DNA of 32,000 nt from Dickeya solani IPO 2222 (lineage in GTDB: Bacteria; Pseudomonadota; Gammaproteobacteria; Enterobacterales; Enterobacteriaceae): positions 1,650,001-1,682,000 of the forward strand of contig NZ_CP015137.1 in assembly GCF_001644705.1 (NCBI RefSeq). Direction: 5' to 3'. The notes under the pieces are model-generated. The model was given only the letters and a program-made list of their open reading frames with translations. It was not told where the DNA came from and made no database searches. Positions 1 through 14,325 of the stretch are shown here, one piece after another (within the stretch, counting starts at the first letter, position 1; the number at the start of each line of letters is the position of its first letter). The position numbers were made by a program, and so were the translations under genes.

Positions 1-931
<931 letters not shown>

Positions 932-987
932 TCAAATGCTCTCCCCTGACGGAGAGAGCACGGGATCAATGTGTTGTTAAACCCGAA

Positions 988-3111
<2,124 letters not shown>

Positions 3112-3194
3112 CTATTCCTAGGGCGTTCAAAGTAGTAAACCCGGGCGGGTCAGCCTTTGAAGCGCCCGCCAGGGTATTAACATCTACGCAGGGA

Positions 3195-4136
<942 letters not shown>

Positions 4137-4218
4137 TCAAAAAGCTCCTGGTTTTTGCTTCGTAAACACGTAATAAATCACCCCATACCAACACAGAGGC
4201 AAAGTATGAGGACGCAGA

Positions 4219-4247
4219 ATTTTAGGGCTGGCCGGGTAAGGAGTCAA
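4219..4247 (-). promoter_or_regulatory. Candidate sigma70 promoter of the str operon (rpsL-rpsG-fusA-tufA)
   Basis: The minus strand reads TTGACT (4247-4242), a 17-nt spacer, then TAAAAT (4224-4219). This lies about 85 nt upstream of the rpsL ATG and resembles the E. coli rpsL promoter architecture. Confidence 0.6.
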
Positions 4248-4268
4248 GAAATATACAAAAAGGCGAAA

Positions 4269-4556
4269 TTACCAAGCCAGTTGCCGGGAATGCAGGGCCG
4301 TTAATTGCACAAATTCAGTATAGTCAATCAGTACAATTGTGGTGGAAATTTGGTCAAGTAGTCCCCGAGCCGCAACATCCTGTTGCAGGGCGTACACCGC
4401 CGCGCCGGAAGACAGCAGGCGTTCGCCGTCGGGCACACCGGCCAGCGCGGCGATCACGCCATCCTGCAGCAGCAGAATGGCGTCGCCCTCGCCGACGATG
4501 CGCAACAGCGCATCCAGGTCGGTATGGTAAGGCGAATGAGCCAGAGTATGCAGCAT
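4269..4556 (-). CDS. tusB: tRNA 2-thiouridine synthesis sulfurtransferase subunit TusB (DsrH family)
   Basis: The track ORF 4269..4571 starts at TTG. I trimmed it to the ATG at 4556, giving MLHTLAHSPYH..., 95 aa. This aligns end to end with E. coli TusB (MLHTL...DYTDFV...). Confidence 0.9.
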   Translation of the reverse strand: MLHTLAHSPYHTDLDALLRIVGEGDAILLLQDGVIAALAGVPDGERLLSSGAAVYALQQDVAARGLLDQISTTIVLIDYTEFVQLTALHSRQLAW

Positions 4557-4567
4557 AGGATCACCGG

Positions 4568-4927
4568 TCAAAAGGTCAGGACAGTATCGTAAGTATTCAA
4601 CGTGGCGCGCAGCGCATCGGTCGCCAGCGGCTCCACATCCAGCACCCAGTGGGTTTCCGCCGGCAGCCCACGCTGGCGCAGCGACGCCTCGCAGATATAA
4701 CAGCGTTCAACGTCATACAGCGGCAGCACCCCGAAAGTCGCAATATAATTGCGCATCAGGATCAGATCTGGCCGCTGGTTTGGGAGCAGTTGGAACACGC
4801 CGTCAGCGATAAAGAAAACCCCGATATTCTCGGTCAGCGCCGACATCGCCAGCAAGGCGTCCAGCCCTTCCCGACCGGCAGCCGAGCCGTGAGGCGCCTG
4901 GGTAAATACGAAAGCTACTCGCTTCAT
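4568..4927 (-). CDS. tusC: TusC (DsrF family)
   Basis: 119-aa [34 protein letters not shown]...[12 protein letters not shown]. Closely resembles E. coli TusC. Confidence 0.92.
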   Translation of the reverse strand: MKRVAFVFTQAPHGSAAGREGLDALLAMSALTENIGVFFIADGVFQLLPNQRPDLILMRNYIATFGVLPLYDVERCYICEASLRQRGLPAETHWVLDVEPLATDALRATLNTYDTVLTF

Positions 4928-4943
4928 CTTATTCCCCTGGCGG

Positions 4944-5333
4944 CTAAAACTGAACGACGCGATCGCAGCGCAGTACCGACTGCGACAACTCGCCTAATCC
5001 GCTCAGGGTAAACCCCGGCTGGAGATTCGCCCCCGCCAGCTGTAATTGTTCCGCCTGCTGCGCGTCGGTCACGCCGCGACGCAGCGCCGCCGCCACGCAC
5101 ACATTGAGTTCCACCTGATGGGTCTGCGCCAGTTGCTGCCAGGCCCGGACCAGATCAAACTCGTCGCTGGCCGGCGCGTTAAGCTGATTGGCATTCAGCA
5201 CTCCTTCTCGATAGAAGAAAACGCTCTGCAGCCGATACCCTTGCGCCAGCAAAGCTTGGGCGAACTGAAACGCGCTGCTGGCCTGCTGCGTGCCATAAGC
5301 GGGCCCGGTCACCAGCAGGCAGTAACTCAGCAT
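4944..5333 (-). CDS. tusD: TusD (DsrE family)
   Basis: 129-aa ORF containing [21 protein letters not shown]...[16 protein letters not shown]...CDRVVQF. Closely resembles E. coli TusD. Its ATG overlaps the yheO stop (TAATG). Confidence 0.92.
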   Translation of the reverse strand: MLSYCLLVTGPAYGTQQASSAFQFAQALLAQGYRLQSVFFYREGVLNANQLNAPASDEFDLVRAWQQLAQTHQVELNVCVAAALRRGVTDAQQAEQLQLAGANLQPGFTLSGLGELSQSVLRCDRVVQF

Positions 5334-6055
5334 TAACGATCGTGCCCGCTGAAGTCGCCGCTCTTGAACTGGCGTATATAGAGGTAGACGGTATGCTTGG
5401 AGATATTCAGCCGGTCGGCCACCTGATTAATGGCGTCCTTGATATCAAAGATGCCTTTCTCATAGAGATTGAGCACAATCTGGCGGTTCTTGGCATTGTT
5501 GGAGACGTTGCGATCGGCATTCACCTCTTCGATGGTGAACTCCAGCGTCTGCGCCACCAGTTCATCTACTGAAGATGCAAAGTTGACGGAGGATGCCACT
5601 TCCTTGATTTCGGGCGGCATGAAGGTTTGCATGATCTGCGAGAAGGGGACGTCGAGATTCATATTGATGCACAAAAGCCCGATCACGCGCTGTTCGCGAT
5701 TGCGGATAGCGATGGTTACCGACTTCATCAATACGCCGCTTTTGGCGCGGGTGAAATACGCTCTGGAAACGCTGCTGTCTTCGCCTGCCATATCGTGCAG
5801 CATGCGCAACGCCAGATCGGTAATGGGTGAGCCGATTTTACGTCCGGTGTGCTCGCCATTGGCGATACGGACCGCCGAGCATTTCAGGTCGTCCAGCGAG
5901 TGCAGCACGATCTCGCAATGATCGCCGATCAGCATCGCCAGACCGTCAACCACTGCTTCATACGATTTCAGGATTTCATAATCCGTCTGCATGAACGGAC
6001 GTTGGTCCAGCAAATCAAGGTCATTGGATTCGCCAGTAACAAGCGAAGTAGACAT
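5333..6055 (-). CDS. yheO: YheO-family DNA-binding transcriptional regulator
   Basis: Track ORF 5333..6079, trimmed to the ATG at 6055 ([21 protein letters not shown]..., 240 aa). Long stretches match E. coli YheO as I remember it, for example [42 protein letters not shown]. Confidence 0.9.
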   Translation of the reverse strand: MSTSLVTGESNDLDLLDQRPFMQTDYEILKSYEAVVDGLAMLIGDHCEIVLHSLDDLKCSAVRIANGEHTGRKIGSPITDLALRMLHDMAGEDSSVSRAYFTRAKSGVLMKSVTIAIRNREQRVIGLLCINMNLDVPFSQIMQTFMPPEIKEVASSVNFASSVDELVAQTLEFTIEEVNADRNVSNNAKNRQIVLNLYEKGIFDIKDAINQVADRLNISKHTVYLYIRQFKSGDFSGHDR

Positions 6056-6077
6056 GGCAGGCACCACCCTCAACGTC

Positions 6078-6106
6078 ATTTATCATCGTATTGACAGGAT
6101 TGTCAG
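6078..6106 (-). promoter_or_regulatory. Candidate promoter for yheO-tusDCB
   Basis: The minus strand reads CTGACA (6106-6101), a 17-nt spacer, then ATAAAT (6083-6078), about 25 nt upstream of the yheO ATG. The -35 is part of the inverted repeat TGACAggatTGTCA. Pattern match only. Confidence 0.35.
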
Positions 6107-6165
6107 TCTATCAAATAACCCTTGCGTCGTCCTTTGTATTTCATGAGCGGACCGGGGTCACCGTT

Positions 6166-6182
6166 CTTAAGGTTGATTTAAT
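6166..6182 (+). promoter_or_regulatory. PmrA box upstream of eptA
   Basis: CTTAAG-gttga-TTTAAT is a direct hexamer repeat with a 5-nt spacer. It matches the Salmonella/E. coli PmrA-box consensus YTTAAK-N5-YTTAAK. It lies 56 nt upstream of the eptA ATG. Confidence 0.55.
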
Positions 6183-6237
6183 TTACGCGGTTTAGAGTGC
6201 GACATATCATATTTCCCCGCATGGATGGCTATCCGTA

Positions 6238-7881
6238 ATGTTTAAAATGTCTCGCCTCTCCCGCCCCGTCTGGAGCAGTTTTACCTATAACCTGGTGTTC
6301 GCTGCCTTCATTACCCTGATACAAAATATCGCCTACTACCGTCAGGTTTCGCATCTGGTCGCAATCAACACCTGGCGGGATGGATTATTCCTGGCCACCA
6401 TGCCCGTCGTCATTTTCGCTGTACTGAATATTCTATTCGCCCTGCTGGTCATTTCCTGGCTACGTCAGGGCGTGGTCGCTCTGCTGTTGGTGGGCGGTGC
6501 GGCGGTACAATATTTCATGATCAACTACGGCATCATTATCGACCGCACCATGATGCAGAACGTGTTCGAAACCAACATGGCGGAATCCATGGCGCTGGTG
6601 ACGCCACAGTACCTGCTCTGGTTGACGCTGCTGGGCCTCATTCCCGCGCTGGGCGCGCTGTGGGTTAAAATCAAACCGACGCCGTTAAGCTGGATCGCGG
6701 TTGGCGCCCGCTGCTTCAGCATCCTGATGTCAATTGTCGCAATCCTGCTGGTCGCCACCTTTTTCTATAAGGATTACGCCTCGCTGATGCGAAATAATAA
6801 GGAGCTGGTGAAATCGCTGACCCCCAGCAATATTATTTTCGCCAACATTTCTTATTACCGTCATCACGTACAAGCCAATTTGCCGCTGGTGCAAATTGGG
6901 CTGGATGTGCATAAAAAGCCGCTGCCGAGTAGCGATGCCAAAAAGAATCTGGTGATTCTGGTGGTAGGGGAAACTTCCCGTGCCGAGAACTTTTCGCTCG
7001 GCGGCTACGGCAAGCCTACCAACCCGCTCTTGGCCAACGATAATGTGGTCTATTTCAGTCAGACGGCGTCCTGCGGCACCTCCACCGGGGTTTCCGTTCC
7101 CTGTATGTTCTCCAACATGCCGCGCGCCGGCTACGATGAACAACTGGCCGCCCATCAGGAAGGATTGCTGGATGTTCTGCAACACGCCGGCGTCAACGTT
7201 CGCTGGCAGGAGAATGACGGCGGCTGCAAAGGCGCCTGCGATCGCGTGCCAAGCCAGGACATCACCGCGCTGAATCTGCCCGGCCAGTGCACGGGTGGGG
7301 AATGCCATGACGAGGCATTGTTTAGCGGCGTCGAAGATTACATCAATCAGTTGAACAACGACGGCATCATTGTGCTGCATACGATGGGCAGCCACGGGCC
7401 GGCTTATTACCAGCGCTATCCCGACGCCTTTCGGAAATTCACCCCAACCTGCGATACCAATCAGATCCAAACATGCTCGCGAGAATCATTAATCAATACT
7501 TACGATAATACGATTCTCTACGTAGACTATATTGTTGATAAGGCAATTAATGTCTTGAAAGGGCATCAGGATAAATTTAACACCGCTTTGGTTTATCTTT
7601 CCGACCACGGCGAGTCACTGGGCGAAGACGGGATTTACCTGCACAGCATGCCGTACGCGGTCGCGCCCACACAACAAACCCATATCCCGATGCTGATGTG
7701 GCTTTCCGGCGGCTATCAGCAACAGTTTTCCATCGACGACAGTTGCCTGCGCAAGCAAGCCGGCCAGCAACGTTTTTCCCAGGACAATCTGTTCCATACC
7801 GTTCTGGGCATGTTTAACATTGCGACAAAGGAATATCAGGTGCCGCTTGATATTCTTCAACCGTGTCGGGGCACTTCATGA
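6238..7881 (+). CDS. eptA: Lipid A phosphoethanolamine transferase EptA/PmrC
   Basis: 547-aa ORF, the same length as E. coli EptA. It has N-terminal TM helices and a sulfatase-type domain. Recognisable blocks include [62 protein letters not shown] and [16 protein letters not shown]. Confidence 0.93.
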   Translation: MFKMSRLSRPVWSSFTYNLVFAAFITLIQNIAYYRQVSHLVAINTWRDGLFLATMPVVIFAVLNILFALLVISWLRQGVVALLLVGGAAVQYFMINYGIIIDRTMMQNVFETNMAESMALVTPQYLLWLTLLGLIPALGALWVKIKPTPLSWIAVGARCFSILMSIVAILLVATFFYKDYASLMRNNKELVKSLTPSNIIFANISYYRHHVQANLPLVQIGLDVHKKPLPSSDAKKNLVILVVGETSRAENFSLGGYGKPTNPLLANDNVVYFSQTASCGTSTGVSVPCMFSNMPRAGYDEQLAAHQEGLLDVLQHAGVNVRWQENDGGCKGACDRVPSQDITALNLPGQCTGGECHDEALFSGVEDYINQLNNDGIIVLHTMGSHGPAYYQRYPDAFRKFTPTCDTNQIQTCSRESLINTYDNTILYVDYIVDKAINVLKGHQDKFNTALVYLSDHGESLGEDGIYLHSMPYAVAPTQQTHIPMLMWLSGGYQQQFSIDDSCLRKQAGQQRFSQDNLFHTVLGMFNIATKEYQVPLDILQPCRGTS

Positions 7882-8546
7882 AACTTTTGATTGTTGAAGA
7901 TGATACGTTGTTACAGGAAGGATTATTGCAGGCGATGCGCAACGAAGGTTATGTCTGCGATTGCGCCTCCACCGCAAAAGAAGCGGATGCCCTGATCGCC
8001 AGCGCCCACTACAGCCTGGTGGTGCTGGATCTGGGGTTGCCGGATGAAGACGGCCTCACCCTGCTAAACCGCTGGCGGCGGAACCGCTACCAGCAACCGG
8101 TGTTAATTCTGACCGCCCGCGACACCGTGGACGATCGCGTTACCGGGCTGGACGTCGGCGCAGACGATTACATGATAAAACCCTTTGCGCTGAGCGAGTT
8201 TCAGGCGCGAGTCCGCGCGCTGATCCGCCGCCATCAGGGATCCAGCGACAGCTGGATCCGGGTGGACAACATCACACTCGATCTCAACAATCAACAGGTC
8301 ATGCTGGACGATAAACCGATCGTCCTAACCCCCAAAGAGTTCGCCATTCTGTCCCGGCTGATCCTCAAGGCCGGTTCACAGGTACACCGCGAAGTACTGC
8401 ATCAGGACCTTTACAGCTGGGACGACGACCCTTCATCCAATTCGCTGGAAGTGCATATCCACAACCTGCGGCAGAAGATCGGCAAAAATCGAATTAAGAC
8501 CCTACGCGGTTTCGGCTATCTGCTGACCAAGGGTGATCAGCCATGA
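7878..8546 (+). CDS. pmrA: OmpR-family response regulator PmrA/BasR
   Basis: Track ORF 7863..8546, trimmed to the ATG at 7878 ([12 protein letters not shown]..., 222 aa as in E. coli BasR). That ATG overlaps the eptA stop (ATGA). Shows [25 protein letters not shown] and a winged-helix C-terminus ([12 protein letters not shown]...RGFGY). Confidence 0.92.
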   Translation: MKLLIVEDDTLLQEGLLQAMRNEGYVCDCASTAKEADALIASAHYSLVVLDLGLPDEDGLTLLNRWRRNRYQQPVLILTARDTVDDRVTGLDVGADDYMIKPFALSEFQARVRALIRRHQGSSDSWIRVDNITLDLNNQQVMLDDKPIVLTPKEFAILSRLILKAGSQVHREVLHQDLYSWDDDPSSNSLEVHIHNLRQKIGKNRIKTLRGFGYLLTKGDQP

Positions 8547-9634
8547 GGCTCATCCCCCGTTCTCTGCCGGACCGTACCACCAGCATCAGGAAGCAGTTGA
8601 TCCTGACGCTCGGTTGTATCTTGCTGGTTTGTCAGCTTATCAGTGTGTTTTGGTTATGGTATGAGAGCACGGAGCAGATTCAACTACTGGTTAGTCAGGC
8701 GCTGACCGCCCAATCGCACGAAGATGACATCCAGTTCGAAATTTATGAGGCGATAGCCGCCCTCAGTCTGCCGGGTCTGGTCATGGTCACCGCCACTCTG
8801 CTGATTTGCGCGCAAGCGATTAACAGCCTTACCCGACCGCTCACTACGCTCCAGCAAGAATTACAAAATCGGACCGCCGAAAATCTGGAGCCGCTCCAGC
8901 AACAAAGTAACCTCACCGAAGTCGCCGCCGTCATCGCCAGCATGAACCAGTTGTTTACGCGTTTTAGCGAATCGCTGCGCCGCGACCGGCTCTTCGCCTC
9001 GAATGTCGCGCATGAGTTGCGCACCCCGCTGGCAGGTATCCGACTAAGTTTGGAATTGCACGAACAAGTGCACCATATCGACTGCCAGCCATTAATCAAA
9101 CGCGTCGACCATCTGACTAAGACCATCGAACAGTTGTTGTTGCTGGCTCGGGTCGGAAATGAACTCGCCGCCGGCCACTACGAATCGGTGTCCCTGGTTG
9201 ACGATGTGATTACGCCAAAGCAGGAAGAGCTGCAGGAAATGGCGGCCATACGCCACCAGCAGCTCGACTGGCGGTCGGACTCGCCCGGAACCGTACCGGG
9301 TAATGCTACGCTACTGCAGTTGCTGCTGCGCAATCTGGTGGAAAACGCCTACCGATACAGCCCGGAAAACAGCACCATTACCGTCAGGGTGACCCCCCAC
9401 TCCAGCGGCGGCTATGAATTGATCGTCGCAGACGAAGGGCCGGGTATCAATGAATCCCAGGTGGGAGAACTGACCAAAGCGTTTGTGCGCCTGGACACAC
9501 GCTACGGCGGCATCGGGCTCGGGCTGAGCATCGTGACCCGCATCGTGCAGTTGCACCACGGCGAGTTCTTTCTGGAAAACCGGCGCGATCGTACCGGGAC
9601 TCAGGCCCGCGTGGTGCTGCATATGCATATCTGA
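8543..9634 (+). CDS. pmrB: Sensor histidine kinase PmrB/BasS
   Basis: 363-aa ORF with an ATGA overlap onto pmrA. It has two TM segments flanking a periplasmic loop of about 30 aa that contains HEDD and one ExxE (EIYE). The H-box is [14 protein letters not shown] and G boxes are also present ([29 protein letters not shown]). Confidence 0.9.
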   Translation: MRLIPRSLPDRTTSIRKQLILTLGCILLVCQLISVFWLWYESTEQIQLLVSQALTAQSHEDDIQFEIYEAIAALSLPGLVMVTATLLICAQAINSLTRPLTTLQQELQNRTAENLEPLQQQSNLTEVAAVIASMNQLFTRFSESLRRDRLFASNVAHELRTPLAGIRLSLELHEQVHHIDCQPLIKRVDHLTKTIEQLLLLARVGNELAAGHYESVSLVDDVITPKQEELQEMAAIRHQQLDWRSDSPGTVPGNATLLQLLLRNLVENAYRYSPENSTITVRVTPHSSGGYELIVADEGPGINESQVGELTKAFVRLDTRYGGIGLGLSIVTRIVQLHHGEFFLENRRDRTGTQARVVLHMHI

Positions 9635-9767
9635 TGCTACGCCGGGCCCCACAAAACGGCGGACGCGGCCTTGCCTACGGTGAAAAACGCCCGCCCCGCC
9701 GATTTCGCCGTTACCAACGCCATCCGCGAGCCGCAAGCGGACACCCCGGATCATCCCGGCGAACCGA

Positions 9768-10538
9768 TCAGATAAAACGACTGAGAAACGCCTGGGTACG
9801 CGGATGGCGCGGAGTGGTCAGTACCGCCTCGGCGCTGCCCTGCTCCACCACCACGCCGCCATCCATAAATACCACCCGATCGGCCGCCTCCCGGGCGAAT
9901 CCAATCTCGTGGGTAACGACAATCATCGTCAGCCCCTGCTCCGCCAGTGCACGCATGGTGGCCAGCACCTCGCCCACCAGCTCCGGGTCGAGCGCCGATG
10001 TGGGCTCGTCGAACAGCATCAGCCGCGGCTTGATCGCCAGCGCTCGGGCAATCGCCACCCGCTGCTGCTGGCCGCCGGACAGATGACGGGGCCAGGCATC
10101 GGCCTTATCGCTCAGCCCGACCGTGGTCAGCAATTCCTTCGCGTAGCGAATCGCTTCCCCTTTGGGCCGTTTGTGCACGCCGATTGGCGCTTCGATAATG
10201 TTCTGCAGCACCGTCATATGGGGATACAGATTGAACTGCTGAAACACCATGCCTATCTCCCGGCGCTGCCTTGCGATACGGTGGGGCGACAGACGATGCA
10301 GACGACCGTGCTTGAGTTCGTAGCCAATCTGCTCTTCCCCCACCATGATCGAACCGGCGTTCATATCCTCCAAATGGTTGATACAACGCAAAAACGTCGA
10401 CTTACCCGAACCGGAAGGCCCCAGAATCACCACCACCTCGCCCGGATAGACATCCAGGTCGATCCCTTTCAGGACTTCATTGTCGCCATAGCTTTTCTGA
10501 ACATTGCGGGCACGTACCAGCGGCATTATATCGTTCAT
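9768..10538 (-). CDS. Polar amino-acid ABC transporter ATP-binding protein
   Basis: Track ORF 9768..10712, trimmed to the ATG at 10538 ([18 protein letters not shown]..., 256 aa). That ATG overlaps the permease stop (ATGA). Walker [10 protein letters not shown], signature [15 protein letters not shown] and Walker [13 protein letters not shown] are present. HisP/OccP-like, with the [12 protein letters not shown] insertion. Confidence 0.9.
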   Translation of the reverse strand: MNDIMPLVRARNVQKSYGDNEVLKGIDLDVYPGEVVVILGPSGSGKSTFLRCINHLEDMNAGSIMVGEEQIGYELKHGRLHRLSPHRIARQRREIGMVFQQFNLYPHMTVLQNIIEAPIGVHKRPKGEAIRYAKELLTTVGLSDKADAWPRHLSGGQQQRVAIARALAIKPRLMLFDEPTSALDPELVGEVLATMRALAEQGLTMIVVTHEIGFAREAADRVVFMDGGVVVEQGSAEAVLTTPRHPRTQAFLSRFI

Positions 10539-11515
10539 GCCTCCTCCTTCTTCATCCAGGGCTGCCCGACGGCGGCAGATGCGCTCTCCGATTCCTGATT
10601 TGGTGCCGGTCGGCGTTTGCCGACCGAAACCGTGCGGCGCGAACCGCGGGCGTAATAACGCTCGATCGCCGACTGGCCGACGTTCAGTATCGACGTAATC
10701 AGCAGATACCAAATCACCGCTACCATCAGCATCGGGATAATCTCAAAGGTCCGGTTATAGATGGCCTGCACCGAGTACAACAGATCGCTCATAGCAATCA
10801 CGCTCACCAGCGAAGTCGCCTTGATCATGCTGATTAACTGGTTGCCGGTCGGCGGAATAATGGCGCGCATAGCCTGGGGAATAATAATGCGGCGTAGCGC
10901 CCTCATCCGGCTCATCCCGAAGGCCTGCGTGGTTTCTATCTGGCCCTGATCCACCGATAACAGACCCGCACGGATAATCTCCGCCATATAGGCCGCTTCG
11001 TTCAACGCCAGACCGGCGATAGCGGCGGTCAGCGGCGTAATCAGATCGTTGGTCTTCCACTCGACCAGCGTCGGCCCGGTAACCGGAATCGCCAGCGAAA
11101 TAGTCGGAAACAACGTAGACAGGTTGTACCAGAAAATCAGTTGCACCAGCAGCGGCGTTCCCCGGAAAAACCAGATGTATAAACCGGACAGCCCGCTCAG
11201 CAAGCGATTGTCCGACAGGCGGGCAACCGCCAGCAGCAGCCCCAGCGCGACGCCGAGCAGCATGGCGATAACCGTCAGCCCCAGCGTAACCTCCAACCCT
11301 TTCATGACCGAGCCTTCGGTAAACCACTGCACCACCACTTTCCACTCAAAATTGGGGTTGGTCGCCACCACCCAGAAAAAATCGGCGGCGACCAGCAAGA
11401 CCACAATCCAGGAAACCAGGCGCCCATAGCGTGGCGCACTGTGGGCAAACGCCACATCACGCGCCTTTACGTCAGCATTTTCGCTGGTTCGAGAATCCGT
11501 GGCGCCGTCGTTCAT
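10535..11515 (-). CDS. Polar amino-acid ABC transporter permease (single, long N-terminus)
   Basis: 326-aa ORF with multiple TM helices. The EAA-type loop is [45 protein letters not shown]. HisM/HisQ family. Confidence 0.88.
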   Translation of the reverse strand: MNDGATDSRTSENADVKARDVAFAHSAPRYGRLVSWIVVLLVAADFFWVVATNPNFEWKVVVQWFTEGSVMKGLEVTLGLTVIAMLLGVALGLLLAVARLSDNRLLSGLSGLYIWFFRGTPLLVQLIFWYNLSTLFPTISLAIPVTGPTLVEWKTNDLITPLTAAIAGLALNEAAYMAEIIRAGLLSVDQGQIETTQAFGMSRMRALRRIIIPQAMRAIIPPTGNQLISMIKATSLVSVIAMSDLLYSVQAIYNRTFEIIPMLMVAVIWYLLITSILNVGQSAIERYYARGSRRTVSVGKRRPAPNQESESASAAVGQPWMKKEEA

Positions 11516-12402
11516 TTCGCCGCCCCCTTCGCCAGGTTCACTCCCGGTTCAGAGAGAGTGTTATTGTCCAGCTTCCACTTTTTCATGATGGCGGCGTAAG
11601 TCCCGTTCTTGAACAGTTCCTTATAGGCGTCCAGCACCACGTTGCCCAGTTGCGAATCCTTCGGCACCACCGACCCCTGGAAAATATCGCCGAAACCATT
11701 CTTCTTGCCGACGGCAGTCAACTCAAGCTGACCGTTGGCCTGCCCCACGAAATACACCAGCGGAGCCTGGGAAGAGAAAAAAGCGTCAGAACGCTTGGAA
11801 CGCACGGCCAAAATAGACGAAGGCTGATCCGTAAACGATTGCACGGTGACAGCGGGTTTACCGGCATCGGTGCAGACCTGAGACTGCTTGCGGATAACCT
11901 GCTCAGCGGAACCGCCGGCCATCACCGCGATATTCTTGCCGCAGGCATCATCCAACCCATTGATATTTTGTGGATTGCCTTTCTGCACGGCAAATACCAC
12001 GAACTCTTGCGCGTAGTCGATGAAGTCATTATCTTTCTGGCGATCGGGGTAATCCCCCACCGGGCCAATCGCCATCTGATACCGGCCGGACTTGATGCCC
12101 GCCAGGACTCCGGACAGGCCGCTCACCGTGGCATGTTCAATCTTGACGCCCAGCAATTGCCCCAGCGCTTCGGCCAGATCGGCGCTGGCGCCATCCATCT
12201 CGGTCGGGCCTTTAACAATCTCGTACGGGGGGAAGGAGCCGTTGTTGACGGCAACGATCTTCCCGGCCTTCTTGATATCGTCAGGCAGACGATCGTGCAG
12301 CGCCTGATCCACTTTTTGGGCCGGAATACTCTCGGCGGCATAGCCGACGCCGGTCACCATTCCCAGCGCTAAAGCCAGTGCGTAGGCAGTCTTCTTCATC
12401 AT
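11512..12402 (-). CDS. Periplasmic substrate-binding protein (family 3, polar amino acid/opine type)
   Basis: 296-aa ORF with a Sec signal peptide (MMKKTAYALALALGMVTGVGYA|AE). Its stop overlaps the permease start (ATGA). SBP_bac_3-like spacing is visible (GKIVAVNNGSFPPYE, FDIKGSVVP-type blocks). Confidence 0.88.
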   Translation of the reverse strand: MMKKTAYALALALGMVTGVGYAAESIPAQKVDQALHDRLPDDIKKAGKIVAVNNGSFPPYEIVKGPTEMDGASADLAEALGQLLGVKIEHATVSGLSGVLAGIKSGRYQMAIGPVGDYPDRQKDNDFIDYAQEFVVFAVQKGNPQNINGLDDACGKNIAVMAGGSAEQVIRKQSQVCTDAGKPAVTVQSFTDQPSSILAVRSKRSDAFFSSQAPLVYFVGQANGQLELTAVGKKNGFGDIFQGSVVPKDSQLGNVVLDAYKELFKNGTYAAIMKKWKLDNNTLSEPGVNLAKGAAK

Positions 12403-12418
12403 AAATATCCCCTGTCTG

Positions 12419-13213
12419 TTATTGGGTTTTTAATTCAGGACGGGCAAAACGACGATTTTTCAAAACCGGCAGCGCATCACGCGCCGAGGCGATGCGTTCC
12501 GGGTCCAGACAGGCGACCACCAGCGCCGGGCCTTCGGCTGCCTTAGCGATAGACACCCCCAACGGATCCACCACCATGCTATTGCCGATATTGCGCGGCC
12601 CGCATTCCCCAACCGCCACCACATAGCAGGTGTTCTCCAGCGCGCGGGCGGTAACCAGCACGTCCCAGTGCATCTCTTTGAGCGGCCCTTTTACCCAGGC
12701 CGCGGGCAGCACCAGCACATCAGCGCCATCCAGCACCAGGCGGCGGGCCAGTTCAGGAAAACGCACGTCATAACAGGTCATCAGTCCCACTTTCATACCG
12801 GCTACATCCACCAGTGGCGGAACCGCATCGCCTGGAGTAACCCGTTGCGACTCCTGCATGGAGAAAGCGTCATAAAGGTGCAATTTGTCGTAACGCGCGA
12901 CAATTTCGCCATCGCGGATGGCGATCAGCACATTCAACGCACGATGATTTTCCGTCGGGACATGAACGCTCATCATGGTTGTCAGCGCGTTGCCGCGGCT
13001 GGCCGCCAGCAGTTGACTGACAAACGGGCCGTCCAGCGGCTGCGCCGCTTTCAGCACCAAATCCGGATCGGTGATATCGCGCGCCAGCACGCCTTCCGGC
13101 ATCACCAGCAGATCGGCGCCGGCCTCCCGCGCGCGGGCCATCAACGACAAACAGGTATCGGCGTTCTCCTGCCATTCGCGACTGACGGCAAACTGCCCCA
13201 TGGCTACTTTCAT
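12419..13213 (-). CDS. Carbon-nitrogen hydrolase (nitrilase superfamily), YbeM/Nit1-like amidase
   Basis: 264-aa ORF MKVAMGQFAV...LLVMPEG...ARYDKLHLYDAF...GLMTCYDVRFPEL...LVLPAAWVKGPLKE.HW. The E-K-C catalytic triad contexts are present. Collinear with E. coli YbeM as I remember it. Confidence 0.88.
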   Translation of the reverse strand: MKVAMGQFAVSREWQENADTCLSLMARAREAGADLLVMPEGVLARDITDPDLVLKAAQPLDGPFVSQLLAASRGNALTTMMSVHVPTENHRALNVLIAIRDGEIVARYDKLHLYDAFSMQESQRVTPGDAVPPLVDVAGMKVGLMTCYDVRFPELARRLVLDGADVLVLPAAWVKGPLKEMHWDVLVTARALENTCYVVAVGECGPRNIGNSMVVDPLGVSIAKAAEGPALVVACLDPERIASARDALPVLKNRRFARPELKTQ

Positions 13214-13216
13214 GTA

Positions 13217-14179
13217 TTACGCTCCCTGAGTGTCAAAGGCCGGAAACATTGCTTCCGGCGTCAGTAATGTGTCGGTTATGTCTTGTTCGTAAAGTTCACG
13301 GGCGAAATCGGCGATCATTTTGCGGTTGACGTCAAAACCGTTGTCATTCCAGTTGGCCGGCAGATCCTGTGCGGTGCGGCGCAGGTCGTCCAACAGCCAG
13401 GGCGTGGTATCCGCGTACTTCTCGCGCTTTTGCTGCCAAACCTGAGCGGAGCGATCGATAAGCCGACTCAGTTCCCCTGGCAACCACGCCAGAGATTCGA
13501 CCAGCGCCGGTTTGATGCCCAGCATATGGATGCCCGGCACATAACCCACGCGACGGAAATACGCCAGTTCGGCCTGGCGGAAATCAGCCTGCACCTGGCG
13601 CAACCCGGACCCCGGCAGGAAGAACCCCTGCGGCATAAACGGGGTGAAAACGGCATCCAGCTCTCCGGCCTGCAACAATTCAATCAGCGGACGCTCGCCC
13701 GGCGCGGCTTCAATATGACCGGGACGACCAAACCGTCCCAGACGATCGACGATGGGGTGATCCGCCGTCAGTCGGCCGGCAAACCAGCGAACATCCTCAA
13801 TGCCCACGCCGGCTTCCCGCAGCAGAGTGCGCGTCCAGGTGTTGCCGGAATCCTGCCAGCCGGTCACGCCGATACGCCCGCCCTTCAACTGCTCCAGCGA
13901 CGTAACGCGATTATCCGCCGTGGTGATGATGCAGCGCTGACGAAATCCCCGCATCAGGAAATGGGGCACGCCCAACAATGATGTATCGCCTTTGGCGCGT
14001 GCCTGCGCATAACGGCTGAAAGAAACTTCGCCCGCATCGTAATGCTCGCTGGCGGCCAGATCGTCCACCAGCGTATTCACCCGGTGTACCTCAACGTTGA
14101 ATCTTTCCGACCGGACATCGCCGAGCGCCAGTGGCGTGAAATAGTCCCAATCCCGAACGGCCAGTCTAATGGTGATCAT
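13217..14179 (-). CDS. Leaderless NMT1/THI5-type SBP-fold protein, PhtD (4,5-dihydroxyphthalate decarboxylase)-like
   Basis: Track ORF 13217..14227, trimmed to the ATG at 14179 (MITIRLAVRDWDYFTPLALGDV..., 320 aa) with AAGGA upstream. No signal peptide or lipobox. The N-terminal DxDY...L..G pattern and the GGRIGVTGW block resemble proteins annotated as PhtD-like. Confidence 0.72.
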   Translation of the reverse strand: MITIRLAVRDWDYFTPLALGDVRSERFNVEVHRVNTLVDDLAASEHYDAGEVSFSRYAQARAKGDTSLLGVPHFLMRGFRQRCIITTADNRVTSLEQLKGGRIGVTGWQDSGNTWTRTLLREAGVGIEDVRWFAGRLTADHPIVDRLGRFGRPGHIEAAPGERPLIELLQAGELDAVFTPFMPQGFFLPGSGLRQVQADFRQAELAYFRRVGYVPGIHMLGIKPALVESLAWLPGELSRLIDRSAQVWQQKREKYADTTPWLLDDLRRTAQDLPANWNDNGFDVNRKMIADFARELYEQDITDTLLTPEAMFPAFDTQGA

Positions 14180-14273
14180 TATGTTTTTTTCCTTACGCTC
14201 CCGGTGTTGCGCGCAATCCGAACGCATTCAGATTGTTTTGCATCCAAATACTGCTTGAATTTGATACTATGGC

Positions 14274-14285
14274 GATAATATTATC
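14274..14285. promoter_or_regulatory. Perfect 12-bp palindrome GATAATATTATC in the divergent mocR/operon control region
   Basis: Seen directly. It gives two face-to-face GATAAT (-10-like) hexamers. CAATAA-N8-TTATTG and TTGTT-N4-AACAA inverted repeats follow at 14291-14315. On the + strand, TTGAAT (14255-14260) sits 18 nt before TATTAT (14279-14284). Confidence 0.3.
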
Positions 14286-14325
14286 TGTACAATAATTTAT
14301 TTGTTATTGAACAAATCATTTTCTT

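Noticed and set aside
6730-7470. 246-aa minus-strand ORF inside eptA. Similar long antisense ORFs lie at 9804-10598, 11431-12372, 12668-13267, 13283-13981, 19798-20619 and 27548-28294
   Set aside because: Each lies opposite a gene with a strong family-level match. None has a convincing start context or domain signature. I treat them all as shadow ORFs.
9635-9767. Expected terminator between convergent pmrB and the ABC ATPase gene
   Set aside because: I could not find a convincing GC-rich stem followed by a T-run. Only short 4-6-bp complementarities with long loops are present. No feature reported.
9768-10712. N-terminal extensions in the ORF track (here 314 aa versus my 256 aa). The same applies to tusB, yheO, pmrA, fkpA, the AraC gene, the kinase, the CPBP gene, the PhtD-like gene, yheV, kefG, yheS, the LysE gene and yheU
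   Set aside because: The track takes the most upstream ATG, GTG or TTG. Alignment to remembered orthologue N-termini, SD sequences and ATGA/TAATG coupling to the preceding gene all support the internal starts listed under features.
11486-11498. tRNA T-arm-like GGTTCGAGAATCC
   Set aside because: It lies inside the ABC permease coding sequence. No acceptor or anticodon stems can be drawn around it.
14274-14285. Fur box (GATAAT/ATTATC hexamers)
   Set aside because: Only two hexamers are present, in a 6-6 inverted arrangement. The 19-bp Fur consensus needs three, with a central A/T. The neighbouring GATACT is mis-spaced. I keep it only as a generic palindrome or operator candidate.
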